The notes beneath the pieces are model-generated. The model made no database searches. It had not been told where the DNA came from and was given only the letters and a program-made list of their open reading frames with translations. Below are positions 39,325-48,815 of a stretch of 64,000 nucleotides of DNA, one piece after another (position 1 is the first letter of the stretch; each line of letters opens with the position of its first letter). The DNA is from Candidatus Bathyarchaeota archaeon (GTDB taxonomy: Archaea; Thermoproteota; CALKCG01; B24; DRYS01): the NCBI GenBank assembly GCA_018396535.1, contig JAGTQC010000002.1:71152-135151 (forward strand). The letters are read 5' to 3'. Made by a program: the position numbers and the translations under genes.

Positions 39325-41775
39325 TCAATCTAACTCCTTCGCCCATTCAAACTTGAAAAACGGTTTCTCCGATTCACTCTTCTCCCTTATATTTCTAAGC
39401 TCCTCCAATAGTATCTTCTGTTCTATACTAGCCACGAGTAACCTAGTCTCGATAACTTTATCTGGGTTTACAGATATGCTAGTTGCACCTTCCCTAACCA
39501 GGAATTCTACCACTTCGGGATAATTAGATGGCGCCTGACCACATATACTTGTAGTAACACCATGCTTCCTACACACTCTTATAACGTGACTTAAAGCTCT
39601 CAATACGGCTAGATTTCTCTCATCGTATATCTCTTGAACTGAAGCATCATCCCTATCTATACCTAGTATAAGCATCGTAAGATCATTAGTACCAAAGCTT
39701 ACACCATCTATACCCTCTTCTATGAATTTATCTATTAGCAGAACCGTACTGGGTACCTCAACCATTATCCATATTTTGAAGTCAGGCCCTCTTACGAGAC
39801 CCTCCTCCTCCATGATCTTCTTAGCTAGACGCAACTCCTCCACTCTTCTAACGAATGGTATCATAACCCATACGTTCTTAAGCCCATATTCATCCCTAAC
39901 CTTCCTTATAGCTCTGCATTCAAGCCTGAATATATCAGGTTCCTTAATATATCTGAAAGCGCCTCTATAACCTATAAGTGGGTTAGGTCCTACATGCCCA
40001 GCTTCCTTCTCATACTTATCTCCACCAGGTAGTGCTAGAAATTCATCTGGCTTAAAGTCTAAGAATCTATAGACGACAGGTTTAGGATAGAAAGCTTGAG
40101 CCACCATCCTTATACCTTCAGCGAAAGCATCTATCATACGTTGCTCTCCACCTTCCTCGATGAGTAACCTCGGATGTTTTCCTACACTCAACATTAAATG
40201 CTCAGCTCTTAGTAGACCTACTCCATCCGCCTGAGTTTCAGTAGCTATCTTCTCAGCTACATCTGGTATGGATATATTAACATAAATCTTCGTAGCAGTA
40301 ATCGGCATAGGAGCTGCAACCATACCCATAGCTGGTACAGTAGGTGCAGCTGTAGGAGCAGCTGGAACAGGTTTAGCTAGCTCTTCTATTATACCTTCAT
40401 AGATAACCCCAGTCTTAGCATCAACCGTATAGTATCCTCCGTTTACTAAAATCTGAGTTGCATTCTTAGTACCTACTATACAAGGTATACCAAGCTCCCT
40501 AGATACTATAGCTGCATGGCATGTCATACCTCCTTCATCTGTAACTATAGCTCCAGCTATCCTCATATATGGAACCCAATCTGGATTAGTCATCTTAGTG
40601 ACGAGTATATCACCTTTCTCCATAACCTTAGCTGCTTCCTCATGTGTTAAAGCTATCTTAACCCTACCAGCGTATATACCTGGACTAGCTGGTAGACCTT
40701 TAAGGATTACCTTACGCTCGACTGCAACTTTAGGCTTTTCAGCTTTAACCTCCTCCCTAGGTTTAACACTCCATACAGTTTCAGGTCTCGATTGGACTAT
40801 GAATATATTCTCTGGAAATGGTAGATCCCTATCTACAGCAAACTCTATATCTTGAGGATGGCCATAGTGATCCTCTATCTTCTTAGCAAGCATAGCTAGA
40901 TACTTTACTTCTTCATCAGTTAAACTCGGAGCATTCCTCCTATCTACAGGTACTTCTAAATGAACAGTTTTACCTGTAATCGGATCTCTCACATACTCAA
41001 CAGTCTTCTCCGCGATCTCCTTCTCCACTATCTCGAAAGTACTCTTATCAACTATAAAGCGATCCGGTGTTACTGCTCCAGATACTATAGCTTCTCCAAG
41101 ACCCCATACAGATTCTATAACGATCTTATATTTATCACCTGTTACAGGGTGGATAGTAAACATCACACCTGCAGATCTACTATTAACCATCTTCTGAACA
41201 GCTACACTTATCAAGACCCGTTCATGCGCGAACCCCTTCTGAGTCCTGTAGAATATAGCTCGAGGAGTGAATAGACTCGACCAACATTTCTGCACATACT
41301 TAACTACCTCTTCCTCCCCTCTAACATTCAGATAGGTTTCCTGTTGCCCTGCAAAGCTTGCATCAGGTAGATCTTCTGCAGTAGCAGATGATCTAACAGC
41401 TACGAATACAGAATCTGTACCAATCTTCCTACATAACTCTCTATAACTCTCGACTATAGCACTACGTATATCTTCAGGCATTTTAACAGATTCTATCAAA
41501 GCTCTAACTCTACGAGAAGCCTCCTCATACTGGGTAGGGTCCTTCGAATCCTTTATAGTTTCTCTAAGTATATCGTAGATCTTACTAGCTATCCCAGTCT
41601 CTTCTATGAATCTCTTATACGCGTATGCGGTGACAGCAAACCCTGGGGGTACAGGTATCCCTGCATTTATCATTTCACCTAGATTCGCATTCTTACCTCC
41701 TACCAGCCCTACATCCTTCTTATTCAGTTCCTCAAACCATAAGGTTAAAGCCGTCTCTTTACCCATATACTTCAC
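39325..41775 (-). CDS. ppsA: Phosphoenolpyruvate synthase (pyruvate, water dikinase)
   Basis: N-terminal 'VGGKNANLGEM' ATP-grasp start, central phospho-His domain 'GGMTCHAAIVSRELGIPCIVG', and a C-terminal PEP-utilising TIM barrel. 816 aa. Confidence 0.9.
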   Translation of the reverse strand: MKYMGKETALTLWFEELNKKDVGLVGGKNANLGEMINAGIPVPPGFAVTAYAYKRFIEETGIASKIYDILRETIKDSKDPTQYEEASRRVRALIESVKMPEDIRSAIVESYRELCRKIGTDSVFVAVRSSATAEDLPDASFAGQQETYLNVRGEEEVVKYVQKCWSSLFTPRAIFYRTQKGFAHERVLISVAVQKMVNSRSAGVMFTIHPVTGDKYKIVIESVWGLGEAIVSGAVTPDRFIVDKSTFEIVEKEIAEKTVEYVRDPITGKTVHLEVPVDRRNAPSLTDEEVKYLAMLAKKIEDHYGHPQDIEFAVDRDLPFPENIFIVQSRPETVWSVKPREEVKAEKPKVAVERKVILKGLPASPGIYAGRVKIALTHEEAAKVMEKGDILVTKMTNPDWVPYMRIAGAIVTDEGGMTCHAAIVSRELGIPCIVGTKNATQILVNGGYYTVDAKTGVIYEGIIEELAKPVPAAPTAAPTVPAMGMVAAPMPITATKIYVNISIPDVAEKIATETQADGVGLLRAEHLMLSVGKHPRLLIEEGGEQRMIDAFAEGIRMVAQAFYPKPVVYRFLDFKPDEFLALPGGDKYEKEAGHVGPNPLIGYRGAFRYIKEPDIFRLECRAIRKVRDEYGLKNVWVMIPFVRRVEELRLAKKIMEEEGLVRGPDFKIWIMVEVPSTVLLIDKFIEEGIDGVSFGTNDLTMLILGIDRDDASVQEIYDERNLAVLRALSHVIRVCRKHGVTTSICGQAPSNYPEVVEFLVREGATSISVNPDKVIETRLLVASIEQKILLEELRNIREKSESEKPFFKFEWAKELD

Positions 41776-41871
41776 CTATCTTACTTATTACCAAGACGTA
41801 TAGTCTAAACTAAGAATAGTTATATTTTAAGATTGCTATAGGATAACTAAGCTAAAACCATGGAGCATCCT

Positions 41872-43143
41872 CTATAGATAGTCTTGAATATTCCGCTGGT
41901 ATAATTCACGTCTAAGTAGATGGCTATGCTTTACCCATACCTTTAAAGGTATTTCAAGACTACTAGATATGATTGATAAAGCTTCTTCTATACTTTGACA
42001 TACTATCGGCTTCTTCCTCAAAGCATTGCGTACATGCTCTCTCACATGCCATACACCTACAGGCATAATATACCCTGGATGTATTTCTCTAAGTATCAAA
42101 ACCGAAGCTTGCCTCATTATAGAGTTGAGATACTCTGCAACCGCAAGTCTAGCAGCGTAGTAGCATCCACCGATGATAGCGTAATTCTTCTTACCATGAT
42201 AACCTTCCCAATCTCCTTCAATAACTGGGATCCTACCATCCGGGTTCCAGACGGTTTTAGGATACCATGCTTCTATAGATTCATAGCTCCAAAAACTAGG
42301 CATCATCAATATCTTGAATCGATTATCGAGATATACAGATTCAAATAATAGGTATGTAGAGATAGGCGGATAATGCTTAACCTTTTCTAGAATCCTTTCA
42401 GATATTATAGAATCTACAGCAGTTATACTCCATCTAGTAGGTACCAGCCTACGGTTGGATCCTATACCGAATATACCTAGACTAAAGGCTTTCTGTATAG
42501 AGCTTACCGATACACCAGATCTATATAGATCGAAAACAGCATCCGCAGCTTTGATATCCCTATCATAGTAAATCTTCTCCATACGTCTATCAACATAGAT
42601 ATTACCCCCAGGTATGATTCTAGATAAAGGAGCAGATATACCCAACGGCTGAACCTCGTCATCTAATACTATAGAGGCTCTAGGCTTACTAGCAAGCTTA
42701 ACCTCTAGATCAACTGGTTTATAGGACATAGCTAACTCTTGAAGAGTTACTAGAAGACTATCTGGGTTAGCAGCTGAATCGACACGCATAAGTCTTTCAC
42801 CTCTTAAAAGTATACTACGAAATCTAACTATATCTTCTATAGACATACCAAACCAGTATTCAGGAGTATCTAGTATCCGTGTATCACCTTTAAACGGAGG
42901 TGTTAAAGGCCCGACATATACTTTAGGATAGCCAAACCTACCTACAAAAACACCTGGAGGGGAGGATCCTTCAACATCGAGTTTATCGAAATACCTTACT
43001 GCCTCATACATAATGCTAGCTCTAACTATTACAGGACACCTACTCTTACCACAAAGTAGATGCGCACCCTTACATATAACGCATAACCTACTAGATCTTT
43101 TAGTATCGATAAGCTTACTATTGATGTCTAGAAACCAGTTCAT
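41872..43143 (-). CDS. NreA-like protein (COG1602, DUF650/DUF651 archaeal DNA-repair-associated family), tentative
   Basis: N-terminal 'LCVICKGAHLLCGKSRCP' Cys motif that I associate with the Nre family. 423 aa. Confidence 0.45.
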   Translation of the reverse strand: MNWFLDINSKLIDTKRSSRLCVICKGAHLLCGKSRCPVIVRASIMYEAVRYFDKLDVEGSSPPGVFVGRFGYPKVYVGPLTPPFKGDTRILDTPEYWFGMSIEDIVRFRSILLRGERLMRVDSAANPDSLLVTLQELAMSYKPVDLEVKLASKPRASIVLDDEVQPLGISAPLSRIIPGGNIYVDRRMEKIYYDRDIKAADAVFDLYRSGVSVSSIQKAFSLGIFGIGSNRRLVPTRWSITAVDSIISERILEKVKHYPPISTYLLFESVYLDNRFKILMMPSFWSYESIEAWYPKTVWNPDGRIPVIEGDWEGYHGKKNYAIIGGCYYAARLAVAEYLNSIMRQASVLILREIHPGYIMPVGVWHVREHVRNALRKKPIVCQSIEEALSIISSSLEIPLKVWVKHSHLLRRELYQRNIQDYL

Positions 43144-43267
43144 ACCTCAACCTTCATGAACTACTTCGATAGAAATTATACTTTCTGCATCTTAGATATT
43201 AGTGTTTACGATACGATTATACTAATAGAAGCAGCATAAGAGGGGGAGTTTTATAAAGGTTGTGGAG

Positions 43268-43294
43268 CCGGGCGGGGGTTTTGAACCCCCTACA
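43268..43294 (-). repeat. Tandem partial copy of the tRNA(CAT) 3' end (T-arm plus acceptor 3' strand), degenerate
   Basis: 'gccgggcgggggttttgaaccccctac' versus tRNA 3' end 'gccgggcgggggcttcgaacccccgac' (43297-43323). The only mismatches are in the T-loop and last 2 nt. Separated from the tRNA by 2-5 nt. Confidence 0.5.
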
Positions 43295-43295
43295 A

Positions 43296-43435
43296 TGCCG
43301 GGCGGGGGCTTCGAACCCCCGACTTCTGGTAGCCCGGTCTTAGACCCGTATGAACGGCTATCTCCAGATTATGAGTCTCACCCTAACCCCATATGGATAG
43401 GGGTCTGGCGCTCTAACCAGCTGAGCTAGCCCGGC
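43296..43435 (-). tRNA. tRNA with CAT anticodon (elongator Met or Ile2-type) containing two introns
   Basis: Minus-strand read: acceptor GCCGGGC/GCCCGGC+A, D-arm GCTC-AGCTGGTTA-GAGC, anticodon stem CCAGA/TCTGG, loop CTCATAA (anticodon CAT), variable AGGTC, T-arm GGGGG-TTCGAAG-CCCCC. A 28-nt insert follows the 5' anticodon-stem strand. A 37-38-nt insert lies in the variable region. The mature length is about 74-75 nt. No encoded CCA. Confidence 0.6.
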
Positions 43436-43594
43436 ATTCACAGATATTTTTAGGGTTTTAGGAAGTATTAAGTTTTAACTTTATATACGGGTATAGAATC
43501 CTCCGTGAGATGTGTATGTTTCACTTATACTACGGTATATAGTGAATAATATATATACCTCTACGTTGATTATATGAGTACTACTTAGTAAATG

Positions 43595-43601
43595 TATATA
43601 T
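43595..43601 (+). promoter_or_regulatory. TATA-like box upstream of the LeuA-family gene
   Basis: 'tatatat' about 40 bp upstream of the ATG at 43642, in an AT-rich 200-bp non-coding region. Confidence 0.2.
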
Positions 43602-43641
43602 CTACCTGAGTATTCTTTATAGGCTGAGGTTCATATACTCT

Positions 43642-44817
43642 ATGAAGGAGTTTAATAGAGACTACCTAGAATTCGAGCTGGATCCTAGGAATATTGTGAT
43701 AGTCGATTCTACACTTAGAGAGGGTGAGCAAGCAGCTGGTGTCGCTTTAACCTTAGATGAGAAGCTACGTATAGCTAGCTACGATGATGAGATAGGGGTA
43801 GACTATGTGGAAGTATTCACAGAATATGGCGATAGGGAAAGGGTACTTCTAGAAAGTATTAGACAGCTAGAATTTAGGAATTCTAAAATCCAGGTTTGGA
43901 ATAGGCTCAGAAAAAGCGATATAGATCTATGTTTGAAGTATGATTTCGAGTGGGTATCGATAACAGCCGGGTTCTCTGATATACATCTTAAGAGTAAATT
44001 TAGAGCTAGCTTTGATGATCTTCTACAATCTTGTCTAGAACTTATCTCGTACTGTAAGGAGCATGGATTAAAAGTATCGCTCCACCTAGAGGATTCTACT
44101 AGAACACCCATCGATAGGCTGATTAAGATACTATCAGAGGTAGATGATGTGGATAGGATTAGGGATTGCGATACCGTTAGTGTACTAATACCTATAGCTG
44201 CATACAATAGGATGAAGCTGCTAGTTGATAACGCTAGAGGTATACCTATAGAAGTCCATTACCATAACGATAGGGGGTTAGCTTTAGCGAACTCTATCTC
44301 AGCTGTAATGGCGGGGGCATCATCTATATCGGCTACATGGAACGGGCTAGGTGATAAGGCTGGAAATGCTGCATTAGATGAGGTGATCCTCCTAATATAC
44401 GAACTTTATGGTATCGATAGATTCGACTTATCTAAAGCTGTGGAGGCTAGTCTATACGTAGCAGAAGCTTCCCGTATCCCTATATATAGGTTTAAACCCG
44501 TATCCGGATACGATGTATTTTCCGTACAATCTGGGATACATCAGGATGGTATATTGAAGAATCCCGAGATTTACCAGCCCTACCCACCTAAACTTGTAGG
44601 TAGAGAATGGCGTATAGTTCTAGGTGTAACATCGGGTACACATGGGTTATCATACCTCCTAGCTAGTAGAGGATATAAACTTCCAGATGATGAAAGAAAA
44701 GTTAGAGAGATATTAGCGTATGCTAAAAGTATAGCTGAAAGTAAGAAGGGATACCTAGATGAGGATGACCTGGATAATCTAGCTAGAAGGTTTAATCTTG
44801 AAAATTTAACAAGATAG
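43642..44817 (+). CDS. 2-isopropylmalate / homocitrate / citramalate synthase family (HMGL-like) enzyme
   Basis: 'VIVDSTLREGEQA' DRE-TIM motif, 'HYHNDRGLALANS' metal-binding motif. 391 aa, short form without the LeuA regulatory domain. Confidence 0.75.
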   Translation: MKEFNRDYLEFELDPRNIVIVDSTLREGEQAAGVALTLDEKLRIASYDDEIGVDYVEVFTEYGDRERVLLESIRQLEFRNSKIQVWNRLRKSDIDLCLKYDFEWVSITAGFSDIHLKSKFRASFDDLLQSCLELISYCKEHGLKVSLHLEDSTRTPIDRLIKILSEVDDVDRIRDCDTVSVLIPIAAYNRMKLLVDNARGIPIEVHYHNDRGLALANSISAVMAGASSISATWNGLGDKAGNAALDEVILLIYELYGIDRFDLSKAVEASLYVAEASRIPIYRFKPVSGYDVFSVQSGIHQDGILKNPEIYQPYPPKLVGREWRIVLGVTSGTHGLSYLLASRGYKLPDDERKVREILAYAKSIAESKKGYLDEDDLDNLARRFNLENLTR

Positions 44818-44836
44818 CATAGACTATATAATTGAT

Positions 44837-45328
44837 CTAGCTAGATTTGGCCATCTTTATAAATCTCCAGATGCGATCACCTATATAATGTATAGTTTCG
44901 ATAGCCCTACCTCTACCCATAGACTTAATCACCTCGCTATCCTTCAAAGCTTTACCTAAAGCTATGGTTTTAGAATACTTCTCATCGCAGATAGCTACTA
45001 TACCACCTTCACCGAATACTCCTTCAATCCTAACTATACCTGGAGCCATAACATCTGCGCCATTACATATATGAGGAATCGCTCCTCGATCGACAAATAC
45101 CTTCGGTAGCATGTTTATAACCTCACCGAATAATAATGTAGGATACACCTCATCGCCTATCTTGAATACGACTGGCTCCCCATCCAGAATGTATAGGGTG
45201 AAATCGTCGGAATCGACAACTTCACATCTATCCGGTCTTATATCTAGATTAAGGTTTAAGCTAGCTTTCAGCTTCTCTAATACTATGCTAGCCTCCCTAC
45301 GTCTAATATCCCTACGTTTCAAACGCAT
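44837..45328 (-). CDS. PUA-domain RNA-binding protein (MCT-1/Tma20-like archaeal family)
   Basis: C-terminal PUA-like block 'GADVMAPGIVRIEG...GGIVAICDEKYSKTIALGKAL'. 163 aa. Confidence 0.55.
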   Translation of the reverse strand: MRLKRRDIRRREASIVLEKLKASLNLNLDIRPDRCEVVDSDDFTLYILDGEPVVFKIGDEVYPTLLFGEVINMLPKVFVDRGAIPHICNGADVMAPGIVRIEGVFGEGGIVAICDEKYSKTIALGKALKDSEVIKSMGRGRAIETIHYIGDRIWRFIKMAKSS

Positions 45329-45451
45329 ACAGCTAGTATTAGGTGAGAAGGAGATTTAATAACCTTAATATCCTAGGGGTAAAGCTGGCATAGCCTATCA
45401 GAGAGGGAAAAGTTTTAAAAGGGATATCTATCTGCTTCTAGAGTAGGGATC

Positions 45452-45679
45452 ATGAGTGAGATAACATTTACGGTATTAGAGGAGAGTCTTGGTAGGATAG
45501 TGCTCGTTAAGCTTAAAGGAGGCAAGACGTTAAGGGGGCTGCTTGAAGGATACGATAAACATCTAAACCTAGTTCTATCTAAGACTGAAGATGTAACTGA
45601 TGGAAATGAAGGAGTAAAGCTAGGGAATGTTATAATAAGAGGGGATAACGTTATACTGATATCGCCTGTAGGAGGCTAG
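45452..45679 (+). CDS. Sm-like archaeal protein (LSm/SmAP)
   Basis: Sm1/Sm2 motifs 'VLVKLKGGKTLRGLLEGYDKHLNLVL...VIIRGDNVILI'. 75 aa. Confidence 0.85.
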   Translation: MSEITFTVLEESLGRIVLVKLKGGKTLRGLLEGYDKHLNLVLSKTEDVTDGNEGVKLGNVIIRGDNVILISPVGG

Positions 45680-45684
45680 GGTTT

Positions 45685-45873
45685 ATGGTTAAAGGAACAG
45701 CTTCTATGGGTAAGTATGGTGGGGAGACGCTCCATATAAGATGCCGGAGATGTGGGAGAAGATCCTATAACGTTAAGAAGAAGAGGTGTGCAGCATGCCA
45801 TTACGGAGAATCCTCTAGGATAGCGAAATATTCTTGGAAGAATAGGAAGGTTAATAGGGAGAGGATTAAGTAG
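45685..45873 (+). CDS. rpl37e: 50S ribosomal protein L37e
   Basis: 'KGTASMGKYGGETLHIRCRRCGRRSY...KKRCAACHY' C4 zinc ribbon. 62 aa. Immediately downstream of the Sm gene, the conserved archaeal LSm-L37e pairing. Confidence 0.85.
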   Translation: MVKGTASMGKYGGETLHIRCRRCGRRSYNVKKKRCAACHYGESSRIAKYSWKNRKVNRERIK

Positions 45874-45940
45874 TAAGCGGGTTAAAACTGGTTAAAGTTT
45901 AAAAGCTTCGATCCCTAACAGAGATAGCCTAGTTATAGAT

Positions 45941-46015
45941 GGGCCGGTAGATCAGACTGGTATGATCGCCCCCTTGGCGCGGGGGAGGTCGAGGGTTCAA
46001 ATCCCTCCCGGTCCA
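45941..46015 (+). tRNA. tRNA-Ala (GGC)
   Basis: Acceptor GGGCCGG/CCGGTCC with a G3:U70 pair, D-arm GATC-AGACTGGTAT-GATC, anticodon stem CCCCC/GGGGG with loop TTGGCGC (anticodon GGC), variable AGGTC, T-arm GAGGG-TTCAAAT-CCCTC, discriminator A. No intron. CCA not encoded. Confidence 0.9.
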
Positions 46016-46229
46016 CTATCCAACCCCTTACTCCTAGAGTATGTATCCTAAGGGTTATGTGTATCTGGATCCCCCCTATCGATTATCCATAGTTTTTATC
46101 CATGATTTCTCCATAGATGTGGCGTTTATGATGGAGGATTGTTTAGCGATCTAAGCATTCTAGGAGGAAGGGATCCTACCTACTATCTTAATATTTTTAG
46201 GTTTGATCCTAGTATATCTCGATTGATTT

Positions 46230-47978
46230 ATGGAGTCTATGTATAGGGATTACCCGGTAATTCTAGAAGATGTCTCATTTACCTATGAGGGATCTGATAA
46301 ACCTGCGTTAAAGGATATAGATTTAAGGATTAGGAGGGGGGAGGTTACAGCTATACTTGGTAGAACAGGATCTGGGAAGACTACTCTGATATACGTTATG
46401 GGTGGGGTTATCCCGAACTATGTTAAAGGTAGGCTTAGAGGATGCATCCTAGTCGAAGGTTTAGATACTAGGGAGCATCCACTCTACGAGCTAGCTATGC
46501 ATATAGGTGTAGTTATGGATGATCCTGAAGCACATATAGTCTCCTTCACGGTATGGGAGGATGCAGCCTTCGGTCCATCAAACCTAGGTCTACCTAAAGA
46601 TGAAGTTATGAAGAGAATCGAATTCGCTCTAGATGCAACGAGGCTGGGAGCTCTAAGATATAGGAATCCATACAACCTATCAGGAGGTGAGAAGCAGAGC
46701 TTAGCTATAGCTGGAGTCCTATCCATGATGCCTAACATTATAGCTCTAGATGAACCAACCTCCATGCTCGATCCACTAGGTAGTATGAGAGTCCTATCCA
46801 TCCTAAAGGATTTGAATAAAAGGTATGGCATAACGATAATCCTATCAAGCTTCGATGCTGAGGAAGCTGTAGAGCTTGCAGATAGGATCATAGTATTAGA
46901 TAAAGGCGAGGTAGTTATGGATGGAGATACTAGAGATATACTACAAGAAGCGGATATACTCGAAAAAATCGGTATACGCATACCAGATGTTTCTAAGCTT
47001 ACGATGAAGCTCAAGATGGATAACCTATGGAGCGGAGATATAGCTATAAATATAGACGAAGCATTCAAACGTATAGTAGATATACTCAGAGATAGACGAG
47101 AAACCCCACCCAGACCTAACCCATACAAAGAAATCGAGAAGCCTAGAGAACCCATAGTAAAGGTTAGAAGATTATCGCATACATATCCGGGAGGTGTTAA
47201 AGCTCTACAAGATATAAACCTAGATATCTATAACGGAGAATTCGTAGCTTTAATAGGGCAGAACGGATCTGGAAAAACAACTCTTGCAAAATACCTATGC
47301 GGATTACTTAAGCCTAGAGATAGATATACAGAGATAATAGTTGATGGCCTAGATCTAAGGAATGCTAGGATGAAGGATATAGTTAAGAAGATAGGCTACG
47401 TCTTCCAGATACCTGAACAACAGCTATTCTTCACAACTGTTAAAGAAGAGATAGGATTCGGCCTCAGGAATCTCGGACTCCCAGAAGATTATATAGAGGA
47501 TAGAGTCGAAGAGATAATGAGAATCCTAGAACTAGAAGCTTATAGAGATAGCGTTACATCATCACTCGATAGAGGGAGGAAGTTTCGTGTAGTACTAGGA
47601 TCAGTCATAGCTATGGATCCGAAGATTATAGTAGTCGATGAACCTACCACAGGTCAGGATTGGATAGAATCCACGTATATATGCAGACTCCTAGATGATC
47701 TAAGAAGGAGAGGAAAAACCATAATCATGATCACACACGAGATGGAGCTGGTCGCTAGATTCGCTACCAGAGTTATAGTTATGCGTGAAGGTAGAGTAAT
47801 CCTAGACGGCACTCCTAGATACGTATTCTCCAAACCAGAGATACTAAGATCCACATGGGTTCAACCCCCACAGATAACGAGGCTAAGCCAGATGCTATCT
47901 GAATACGGTATACCAGGGGATACCCTATCCATAGAGGAGATGTACAGCTATATAGTACACATGCTGAGGGGGGTGTAG
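46230..47978 (+). CDS. ECF/cobalt-type ABC transporter ATPase with duplicated nucleotide-binding domains (EcfA-EcfA' fusion)
   Basis: Two full NBDs: Walker A 'GRTGSGKTTL' and 'GQNGSGKTTL', signatures 'LSGGEKQ' and 'SLDRGRK', Walker B 'IALDEPTSMLD' and 'IVVDEPTTGQD'. Confidence 0.85.
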   Translation: MESMYRDYPVILEDVSFTYEGSDKPALKDIDLRIRRGEVTAILGRTGSGKTTLIYVMGGVIPNYVKGRLRGCILVEGLDTREHPLYELAMHIGVVMDDPEAHIVSFTVWEDAAFGPSNLGLPKDEVMKRIEFALDATRLGALRYRNPYNLSGGEKQSLAIAGVLSMMPNIIALDEPTSMLDPLGSMRVLSILKDLNKRYGITIILSSFDAEEAVELADRIIVLDKGEVVMDGDTRDILQEADILEKIGIRIPDVSKLTMKLKMDNLWSGDIAINIDEAFKRIVDILRDRRETPPRPNPYKEIEKPREPIVKVRRLSHTYPGGVKALQDINLDIYNGEFVALIGQNGSGKTTLAKYLCGLLKPRDRYTEIIVDGLDLRNARMKDIVKKIGYVFQIPEQQLFFTTVKEEIGFGLRNLGLPEDYIEDRVEEIMRILELEAYRDSVTSSLDRGRKFRVVLGSVIAMDPKIIVVDEPTTGQDWIESTYICRLLDDLRRRGKTIIMITHEMELVARFATRVIVMREGRVILDGTPRYVFSKPEILRSTWVQPPQITRLSQMLSEYGIPGDTLSIEEMYSYIVHMLRGV

Positions 47979-48815
47979 ATGGTACTACTCGAGTATGAAG
48001 CTAAGGATACAGTTATACATAGATTAAACCCTATAGCGAAAGCCGTATGGTTCGCATGCTGCACGATACTATCCACACTATACCTAGAACCACAACCTCT
48101 AATAATACTAGCAGCCCAGATAGCTATGATAGGATACCTATCTAAGGTGCCATGGAGTAAACTAATCTCCAGAGCCTGGTGGGCATATATAGGTTCACTA
48201 CTCGGAGGATACACCGTATCGCTTTGGATAACAAGCCCAGAACAGCTTTGGAGAATACCGCCAGAGTATGGATGTAAAGTCCTACTAGAAGTTACACCTA
48301 AAGGAACACCTATCATAGGATACACAGCTATAACATATGCTGGCCTACTATGGGGTACAACAGTCACCATGAAGATAGCTTTAGCCGTAACAGCCGCATG
48401 CATACTAACCTATACAACACCGATATCCGATATAGTATCCATATTAGGGAGGATACTACCCTACAAAGCCTCATTCATAGTGATGACAGGTGTAAGATTC
48501 TATCCAGTCCTACTAGAGAGGATACAGGGAATAGTAGATGCAGCTAGATCTAGAGGATGGGAATCCTCCTATAGGAACCCGGTTAAAAAAGTTCGATCAC
48601 TATACACGATAGTCTTCCCATCAATCAGGGAGGCTATACTCCTATCCGAACGAATGAGTCTATCGATAGAATCTAGAGCTTTCGGAGTTAAGAAACCTAC
48701 ACCTATCAAAACCCTAGCCTTAGATAGAAGCGATATACTCTTCATAACATTCATCTCCTCATTCACAGGTCTACTAGCCTATATGTGGAGCGTGTACGGG
48801 TTTGGAATGCTATAG
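47979..48815 (+). CDS. ECF transporter transmembrane (T) component, CbiQ/EcfT-like
   Basis: Begins 1 nt after the ATPase stop. 278 aa with five or six TM helices and a conserved 'RxxP' region ('YRNPVKKV'), followed by the 'A(R/L)xxRG' motif region 'ARSRGWES'. Confidence 0.7.
   Translation: MVLLEYEAKDTVIHRLNPIAKAVWFACCTILSTLYLEPQPLIILAAQIAMIGYLSKVPWSKLISRAWWAYIGSLLGGYTVSLWITSPEQLWRIPPEYGCKVLLEVTPKGTPIIGYTAITYAGLLWGTTVTMKIALAVTAACILTYTTPISDIVSILGRILPYKASFIVMTGVRFYPVLLERIQGIVDAARSRGWESSYRNPVKKVRSLYTIVFPSIREAILLSERMSLSIESRAFGVKKPTPIKTLALDRSDILFITFISSFTGLLAYMWSVYGFGML

Noticed and set aside
39722-41803. Four plus-strand ORFs (82-104 aa) inside the PEP synthase gene
   Set aside because: They lie entirely antisense to a well-supported 816-aa ppsA reading frame, show low-complexity Ser/Leu-rich composition, and have no motifs. 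Shadow ORFs.
43261-43295. A second complete tRNA gene upstream of tRNA(CAT)
   Set aside because: Only the T-arm and acceptor 3' strand are present. No D-arm, anticodon arm or 5' acceptor strand follows in either orientation, so it is a partial duplicate rather than a gene.
46484-47155. 223-aa minus-strand ORF antisense to the ECF ATPase gene
   Set aside because: Ser/Leu/Ile-rich low-complexity translation typical of the reverse frame of an AT-rich gene. The sense ORF has two complete NBDs.
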